60,251 nt of DNA. It comes from Candidatus Woesearchaeota archaeon. GTDB lineage: Archaea; Nanobdellota; Nanobdellia; Woesearchaeales; JAGLGH01. Made by a program: the position numbers and the translations under genes. The stretch spans positions 1-60,251 of the forward strand of contig DAOVBM010000004.1 of NCBI GenBank assembly GCA_030670545.1, in the 5' to 3' direction. Below are positions 54,601 through 60,251 of this stretch, one piece after another. The notes beneath the pieces were generated by a model. The model was not told the origin of the DNA, did not search any database, and saw only the letters and a list, made by a program, of their open reading frames with translations. The number at the start of each line of letters is the position of its first letter. The first letter of the stretch is position 1.

Positions 54601-55419
54601 ATGATAGTTAAAGAAGAATTTTTAAGCAAACTGAGGAGATATTTCTCATTAAATCTTTATGAAGTAAAGATATGGGCAGCGCTTCTTTCAAGAGGAGTGT
54701 CAACAGCAGGGGAATTAAGTGACATTGCAAATGTACCAAGGTCCAGAAGCTATGATGTTCTTGAATCTCTTGAGAAGAAGGGTTTTATTATCATGAAACT
54801 TGGCAAGCCTATCAAGTATATTGCTGTAAACCCTACTGAGGTGCTAGAGAGAGTAAAGAAGAATATGAGGGAAGATGCAGAAGAGAAAGTGGACAGGCTA
54901 GAGAAGCTGAAGAGCACAGAAGTCCTTACAGAGCTTACAACTCTTCATACACAGGGTGTAGAGCTTGTTGAACCTACAGACCTTTCAGGAAGCCTGAGGG
55001 GCAGGCACAACTTATATAACCATCTTGAACTTACAATAAGGAATGCTGAAGAGTCTGTTGTTATCATGACTACTTCCCAGGGTCTTATGAGAAAAGTGGA
55101 AGGCCTTAAGCAGACATTTGAAGAAATCAAGAAGAGGGGAGTAAGTATCAAGATTGCTGCGCCGATAACAAAAGAATCAATGGATGCGGCAAAAGACATC
55201 TCAACTGTTGCAGAAATAAGGGATACTGATGCAAAGGCAAGATTCTGCATAGTCGACGGAAAGGAACTGATATTTATGGTTCTTGACGATCAGGAAGTGC
55301 ACCCTACTTATGATATAGGCATCTGGGTGAATACGCCGTTCTTTGCAGGCGCATTGCAGTCATTGTTCGACCTTTCCTGGAAGGCAATGAAACCTTTCAC
55401 TGTTAAGATGAAAAAATAA
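54601..55419 (+). CDS. TrmB-family transcriptional regulator (paralog 2)
   Basis: The wHTH is almost identical to paralog 1 (AGELSDIANVPRSRSYDVLESLEKKGFIIMK.GKPIKYIAV) and the proteins are collinear over their whole length. Confidence 0.85.
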   Translation: MIVKEEFLSKLRRYFSLNLYEVKIWAALLSRGVSTAGELSDIANVPRSRSYDVLESLEKKGFIIMKLGKPIKYIAVNPTEVLERVKKNMREDAEEKVDRLEKLKSTEVLTELTTLHTQGVELVEPTDLSGSLRGRHNLYNHLELTIRNAEESVVIMTTSQGLMRKVEGLKQTFEEIKKRGVSIKIAAPITKESMDAAKDISTVAEIRDTDAKARFCIVDGKELIFMVLDDQEVHPTYDIGIWVNTPFFAGALQSLFDLSWKAMKPFTVKMKK

Positions 55420-55489
55420 TTTAATTCTTCTTTTTTATTTTTCTTTTTAATAAAATTAGATAAATATTGTATTTAATTGTGTTGACTTT

Positions 55490-56611
55490 TCATAGCGTTC
55501 TTATTAAGAGTATGATGCTCCCTCTGGCTAATAATGTTAACAATACACCAAAGAACATAAATGGAGCAAATGGGAGGCTTTGTTGTATTCGCAAATACTG
55601 AAAATTCGGATGCTTATCCCGCAGTATCCTAAGCTTTTTAATATCCTTCTCACTAAGGCCCTCAGTACAACAGCTAATTATACTTTTTTGATTCTTATTG
55701 GCAAGGTATTCAAAGAAGCTGAAAAAAAGCAGCTTTTTTTTCCTTAATCTATTGTCCTGGTTTTTGCCTGATTTATCTTTATCAGTTCCTGATTCATATA
55801 TGATTTCTGCAGGAATCATACCTTGTCTTAAATTTGATATTTTGATTTTCCTTGAAAAATGCTGGAAGCTTAAATCGAGGAATATAAGCCTGAAGATGAT
55901 AAATATTATGAATGTTACCAAGAGCATCTTAAGAAAATGCAGATTATAAACTTTGCGGCTTAATGCAAGAATTAATATAGAGCAAATTCCCATTATTTTC
56001 AAGAGATGCTTTTGACCTAATGTTGATTGAGAAAATAATGATATTGTAAATAATATTGGAATAATAATCAGATATGGTAATTGCATTCCCCATTTTTCAG
56101 AGATGAATGTCAAAAGCCAGATAAACACAAAGAATGAAATAAATTGGGGGGCTAGATCTCTTATCTTCAATACATTCATTATAGAATCTTTTTTTTGTTT
56201 CCAGTGTGTCATAAGAATCACATTAATGGCAAAAAATACAAATATCGGAATAAATGTGTTAATAAATAGGTTTAAGGAAGGGAAATAAGGGACAAAGCTT
56301 GACTGATTATAAATTAAAATAGGAATTAGCGCAGAATATGCTGTAAATAGCTTTCCATCGCCGGAACTCCATAGTTTCATATCCCAAAGGAAGAATCCTG
56401 CCAGTAAGGCAATAATAAAATTAGAAGTCATGTGGATTATGTAATCTTTATTTGTGCCTACTTCCAATACAAAAAGAAGAAAAATATGCATAAAAAGAGA
56501 ATAGATTATTGCTCCAAATATCGCAGTATTCTTTATTTTGCCATATCTTATATCAGTGTAAGAGGTGTAGATACCTAATGCAATTATCGCTGGCAAAAAA
56601 TATGCAATCAT
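55490..56611 (-). CDS. A24-family (prepilin/preflagellin peptidase-like) membrane aspartyl protease with long cytoplasmic insert
   Basis: First catalytic Asp in YTDIRYGKIKN, the second in SSGDGKLF (GxGD type), and C-terminal LPFAPFMFFG. A ~100-aa Lys-rich insert precedes the last helices. Confidence 0.7.
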   Translation of the reverse strand: MIAYFLPAIIALGIYTSYTDIRYGKIKNTAIFGAIIYSLFMHIFLLFVLEVGTNKDYIIHMTSNFIIALLAGFFLWDMKLWSSGDGKLFTAYSALIPILIYNQSSFVPYFPSLNLFINTFIPIFVFFAINVILMTHWKQKKDSIMNVLKIRDLAPQFISFFVFIWLLTFISEKWGMQLPYLIIIPILFTISLFSQSTLGQKHLLKIMGICSILILALSRKVYNLHFLKMLLVTFIIFIIFRLIFLDLSFQHFSRKIKISNLRQGMIPAEIIYESGTDKDKSGKNQDNRLRKKKLLFFSFFEYLANKNQKSIISCCTEGLSEKDIKKLRILRDKHPNFQYLRIQQSLPFAPFMFFGVLLTLLARGSIILLIRTL

Positions 56612-56702
56612 CTTTTATAATTATTTGATTGGTCTTTTTATATCTTTTTAGTTTTTTGCGCATTTTGGAAAATGTATCAACAAAACATCACATGCAGATG
56701 CT

Positions 56703-58130
56703 TTATAAGCTAGCTGTCTTATCTTCTCTTCCTGGCTGGGATATAACAGTCAGGTTTTCCATCCAGTTATCAAATAGTTTCTTATGCGGTCCGACTGAAT
56801 TCAATTTTGTGAATATGTAATCAAACATTCCTTTATATATAAGGCACCTTTGGTCTCTGGGCAGGATTGATACAAGGCTGCCTGAATCAGCATAATTGCA
56901 TACAGGGCATACCCCACAGAAAGGTTTATATGCGCAAGCATCGCAAAGAAGCGTATCATTTACAGAAGAAGCTATCATACTGCAACTTTGGTTAGATGTA
57001 AGAATTTCTTTGTAAGTGTTATCAAAAACATTCCCTAATCTGAACATCTCGTACTGCCTGCCTTCATCACAAGTATGGATATTGCCATTTTGGACATAAG
57101 CAAGCTGACCAATAACTGCGCCACAAGGGCTTTGAAAATCAGTATAATTGCACCACACCCCTTTAAGCTTTGCAAGTATATATTCAACCATTCTATCTCT
57201 TATTGGATGATTCTTATTGATTTTAACAAGATAATCCATTGATTTTGTCCAGAAATCCAAGTACTCTTTCGGAGAATAATTTATTTTATCTGCAGTCTTT
57301 GAAGCAAATCCTAGATTGCTAAGAAATCTCAATTTTATCCAATTGAGATTGTTATTGACATATTCATCAATTATTTCTTTATAATATGGAAGTGAATCTC
57401 TTGTAGTTACCATCAGCGCATTTATGTTATAATTATAATCTTCATTAATCTCCTTTATCCAATATACTACATCTTTATATGAATTCCCCCCCATATAAAT
57501 TCTGTTCTTGTTATGAAGCTTTTCAGGTCCGTCAAGCGAGGTGCATAATCCTACCTTATTTTTGATTAAGTATTTGAGAATGGTATCATCCATCTTTGAG
57601 AGATTGGTAACAAGATCAAAGCCCAATAATTTCTTATGCTTCTTATTTGTCTCTTTTGCATATTCTATTATGTATTCGATAATATCATAATTCAAAAGGG
57701 GTTCTCCACCCTGGAACTCTATCGTTATTGTATCTGATGGTGATTGGAAGATGAAGTCTACAGTTTTTTTTGCGGTTTCCATATCCATATCATAACCCTT
57801 TTTATGCTGAGCGACAACATTAGAATGGCAGTATACGCATCTATGATTACACCTTAGGGTTGGCACCACTATATGCAATGAGGTACCTTTAAAAAGGTAG
57901 TTAAACTTTGTTTTTGTCAAATCTGTTATTTCCTGAAGATTAGCATTATCAATGAGAAATCCTTTTTTCCGCAGCAAATTTTTCAATTCCAGGTCATTTT
58001 CCAGTTTTCCAAACCTAAACATATCAAATTTTGTTTTATCCAGAATACACCAATTTCCAGCATCATTAGTGATAAGGTGACTGTCACCAATCTTTCGTTC
58101 CCTATAATGATTATATATAGATTGACTCAT
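56703..58130 (-). CDS. radical SAM / SPASM-domain peptide maturase (HxsB/HxsC-like)
   Basis: 475 aa. CNHRCVYCH (Cx3Cx2C) near residue 95, a GGEPLL motif and a C-terminal Cys-rich SPASM region (CDEG..., CDACAYKPFCGVCPVCN, RCLIY). Confidence 0.85.
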   Translation of the reverse strand: MSQSIYNHYRERKIGDSHLITNDAGNWCILDKTKFDMFRFGKLENDLELKNLLRKKGFLIDNANLQEITDLTKTKFNYLFKGTSLHIVVPTLRCNHRCVYCHSNVVAQHKKGYDMDMETAKKTVDFIFQSPSDTITIEFQGGEPLLNYDIIEYIIEYAKETNKKHKKLLGFDLVTNLSKMDDTILKYLIKNKVGLCTSLDGPEKLHNKNRIYMGGNSYKDVVYWIKEINEDYNYNINALMVTTRDSLPYYKEIIDEYVNNNLNWIKLRFLSNLGFASKTADKINYSPKEYLDFWTKSMDYLVKINKNHPIRDRMVEYILAKLKGVWCNYTDFQSPCGAVIGQLAYVQNGNIHTCDEGRQYEMFRLGNVFDNTYKEILTSNQSCSMIASSVNDTLLCDACAYKPFCGVCPVCNYADSGSLVSILPRDQRCLIYKGMFDYIFTKLNSVGPHKKLFDNWMENLTVISQPGREDKTASL

Positions 58131-58132
58131 TT

Positions 58133-58390
58133 TTATAAATTGCCTTGATTATTGATCAAACCCAGCATGTAATTGCAGAACTCATATCCTATCAATTCAA
58201 TATCCTTTTGCTTTTTGGGTATGATTATTATATGGTCATTGTCTTTTTTAAATTCACATACACTTTCAAAATCTTTCATAGCTCTGTTTATTATGCTATC
58301 ATTATAAAGATGATTATTAAGTGAAATATTTATCTGGTTTTTATCTTTATCAATTTTGATCATCTTTCTGAGGAATATTTTTCTTCCCAT
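58133..58390 (-). CDS. small HxsD-like protein (second copy)
   Basis: Collinear with the 135-aa neighbour: ..INISLNNHLYNDSIINRAMKDF...IIIIPKK....ELIGYEFCNYMLG. The alternative ATG at 58363 overlaps the upstream stop as ATGA. The stop lies 2 nt before the radical SAM ATG. Confidence 0.55.
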   Translation of the reverse strand: MGRKIFLRKMIKIDKDKNQINISLNNHLYNDSIINRAMKDFESVCEFKKDNDHIIIIPKKQKDIELIGYEFCNYMLGLINNQGNL

Positions 58391-58767
58391 GGTATTGCAA
58401 TACCTTCTGGATCATCCAGGTCATCATCCATTTCGTCTTCTATATCAAAACCATTTGTCAGCAATGCCCTTTGTATTATTGCTTGCCTGATACCTGAATT
58501 TTTCTCAGACTGGCTTTTATAGACTGCATAATTTAAAAGTTCGTCATTGAGTTTATTTCCCAATTCTTCAAGATTTTCACTGCTTTTAGGTCTTATGTGT
58601 ACTTGCACTTCAGTTTTTGGGTCACCGTCAAGAAATACATATGCTTGGTCAAGGAGAGTATAAGCTGCAGCATATATTATATCGAGGCCGTATATCTTTG
58701 GGTTAATGGATACCAAGGCACAATCTGGATGTAATTCAATATTGCCAATTTTGTTTTTGTCTTTCAT
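58360..58767 (-). CDS. HxsD-like protein (first copy)
   Basis: ..IELHPDCALVSINPKIYGLDIIYAAAYTLLD....VHIRPKS...EELGNKLNDELLNYAVYKSQ. The ELLNY.VYK segment recalls the LLNDYxLRE signature of HxsD. GGGGTGA SD 5 nt upstream of the ATG at 58767. The track start is a GTG. Confidence 0.55.
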   Translation of the reverse strand: MKDKNKIGNIELHPDCALVSINPKIYGLDIIYAAAYTLLDQAYVFLDGDPKTEVQVHIRPKSSENLEELGNKLNDELLNYAVYKSQSEKNSGIRQAIIQRALLTNGFDIEDEMDDDLDDPEGIAIPWEEKYSSER

Positions 58768-58918
58768 AAAAATCACCCCATAATTTATTTTTGTAAGATA
58801 GAATTTAAAGCTTTCGAAAAATGAATGGCAGGAGTTGTTTATTTAAGGTAATCCTTTTTGATGTTTCTCGTCTAAACTACAATACAAATCGAAAAATTTA
58901 TATACTCTCTTAATTAGT

Positions 58919-59215
58919 ATGGATATAGTCTATAAAGCTAAACTTGTAAGAATGGAAAATGTCCCTAAACTAAAAAAAAAGATTTCAGCCTATCTTATGG
59001 GTGAGGATGGAAAAATTTCAAAACAGTCCTTGATTGCAATAGGCGCTTTTATTGGCAGCGCAGCGTTATCAAGCTTGTTATTGTCTGATTCTGTAAATGC
59101 TCACAGTTCACATACAAGCCATGGTACGAATAGCCTTTCCATTAGTTATAGCGCAGGAACAGCGACTGGTACGCACAACCATCATTCAAGCCATGGAAGC
59201 CATTCTAGTTATTGA
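58919..59215 (+). CDS. His-Xaa-Ser-rich precursor-like peptide (HxsA-like)
   Basis: 98 aa. A leader with a hydrophobic h-region ends ..LLLSDSVNA. The core is HSSHTSHGTNSLSISYSAGTATGTHNHHSSHGSHSSY. Transcribed divergently from the maturase operon, with TTTATATA upstream. Confidence 0.6.
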   Translation: MDIVYKAKLVRMENVPKLKKKISAYLMGEDGKISKQSLIAIGAFIGSAALSSLLLSDSVNAHSSHTSHGTNSLSISYSAGTATGTHNHHSSHGSHSSY

Positions 59216-59226
59216 TACTTAATAAG

Positions 59227-59787
59227 ATGAGATTAATAAAAGATTTTTTTGAGGAGAATGAAGAAGAGCTTGAAGATAAAATAAAAGAAGCCAAAGAAAT
59301 CATAGAAAAATCCCATAAAAAACTTGACATGTTGAAGAAAAGAAAGATAGAAAAAAAATCAAGCAAGAGATTAGGTTCTAAAAATATTTATTCAGGTAAA
59401 ATTTGGAGATACATTTTCCTTGTTCTTGCAATAAGTGCAGCCATCTGGACATATTCACAATTTAGTGAAGAAGATAGTTATGAATATTCATGCAAAGAAA
59501 AAAATCCCTGTCCAGATTGCAATGTAAGCATCAAGTGTGTGGAGCTTAGGGAAATTGACTATTTGCATCAAAAGTTTTATTTTACAATAGAAAATCTGCG
59601 CAATTATCCAGCAATGTGTTTTGTCACACTCCATCTATTTGATGAAAATAAGACTGAATTATTGAAAAAAAAATATGATGCAGGAGCATTAGAGTCTAAA
59701 GAAGCAAAAACATTAGTTATTCCTATTGAGTTTCCAGAAGGAGATACTGACTTCTCTCTAATACCAGAATGTGATTGGACATCGTAA
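59227..59787 (+). CDS. single-pass membrane protein with Cys-containing extracellular domain
   Basis: Acidic/Lys-rich coiled N-terminus, TM helix IWRYIFLVLAISAAIWTY and a C-terminal ~110-aa domain with CKEKNPCPDCNVSIKC. The track start at 59212 is a TTG overlapping the previous stop, so the ATG at 59227 is preferred. Confidence 0.5.
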   Translation: MRLIKDFFEENEEELEDKIKEAKEIIEKSHKKLDMLKKRKIEKKSSKRLGSKNIYSGKIWRYIFLVLAISAAIWTYSQFSEEDSYEYSCKEKNPCPDCNVSIKCVELREIDYLHQKFYFTIENLRNYPAMCFVTLHLFDENKTELLKKKYDAGALESKEAKTLVIPIEFPEGDTDFSLIPECDWTS

Positions 59788-59790
59788 TCA

Positions 59791-59928
59791 CTATTTAGTA
59801 TTTATTGAAGATAGTTTTTCCAACAGTTTTATAAACTCTTTTCTTGTTCTATATACTTCTATTGATCCGATGAGAATTGCTAAAGCTATCGGAATCTGTG
59901 TCCAAAAGATTGCACTTGTTGTATCCAT
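59791..59928 (-). CDS. unannotated 45-aa single-TM protein (below the ORF-track cutoff)
   Basis: Translated by hand as MDTTSAIFWTQIPIALAILIGSIEVYRTRKEFIKLLEKLSSINTK. A GGAGG SD lies 7 nt upstream of the ATG. It is antisense to the implausible 59771-59974 plus-strand ORF. Confidence 0.35.
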   Translation of the reverse strand: MDTTSAIFWTQIPIALAILIGSIEVYRTRKEFIKLLEKLSSINTK

Positions 59929-60251
59929 TATTGATCCTCCAATGATTTATTTATTTTTGTTATTGTCCTTCTAATCGTGATTAATTCAAATATAAAGTAT
60001 AAAGATATTACCAGATAGGGGAAATGTGTTAATATTAAGATTTTTGCTAGGGTCATTGCTCACACCAATAATCCCTTTTTTTCATGGATTTAAAAAGATT
60101 ACGGTAAATGGGCTGCGTAGAAATGCTCCGAAACATATATAACCCAGTAAGCCCAAGATAGGGCTTAGTGGGGGTGAACATTCGAGGTGTTCACCAAATG
60201 AAAAAGAAAAAGACGTTTTTAATAAAGTTTGCGGAAAAGATCCTCTCTGCA

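Noticed and set aside
60173-60195. GGTGAACA-TTCGAGG-TGTTCACC hairpin with a T-loop-like TTCGA sequence, checked as a tRNA T-arm.
   Set aside because: No acceptor, D or anticodon arms can be built around it. It sits 2 nt upstream of an ATG (60198) and is more likely a 5' hairpin of a partial downstream gene. I found no convincing tRNA anywhere in the window.

Overview
AT-rich, gene-dense archaeal chromosome segment. Archaeal markers include L34e, L14e, TBP, MCM, PolD DP1/DP2, Orc1/Cdc6, aIF2-beta, TFE, Hjc, EndA, PAN, pelota, FEN1 and RFC. PolD argues against Crenarchaeota. Compact genes, Lys-rich tails on core proteins and sparse metabolism suggest a DPANN-like small-genome archaeon (inference). 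Core content: translation and tRNA maturation (pheST, tyrS, thiI, Rpp30, RNase Z, EndA, Trm5); a replisome neighbourhood (TBP, MCM, RPA-like, PolD, Cdc6) beside a ~740-bp extremely AT-rich spacer that I read as oriC; three peptidases; ADP-forming acetyl-CoA synthetase. Accessory highlights: (1) a five-gene minus-strand cluster (43598-50416) encoding a paralogous secreted/lipobox protein family, a polytopic membrane protein carrying the same module, and an N-anchored protein, which is a candidate uncharacterised cell-surface apparatus; (2) a variant His-Xaa-Ser-type radical SAM/SPASM peptide system (56703-59215) next to an A24 prepilin-peptidase-like gene; (3) a ~174-bp MITE family with four full copies and one fragment, a 14-bp TIR (GTAAGTAAAAAGTC) and perfect 8-bp target-site duplications at all four full copies, one copy donating the stop codon of the RNase P Rpp30 gene; (4) a Trm5-type tRNA methyltransferase with a complete TIM-barrel domain nested in its catalytic domain; (5) a second ~170-bp repeat family (two copies, one in the putative origin) carrying inverted ORB-like motifs; (6) a candidate C/D box sRNA. 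I saw no rRNA, tRNA, CRISPR array or transposase gene. All protein family calls come from motif recognition by eye, not from database searches.
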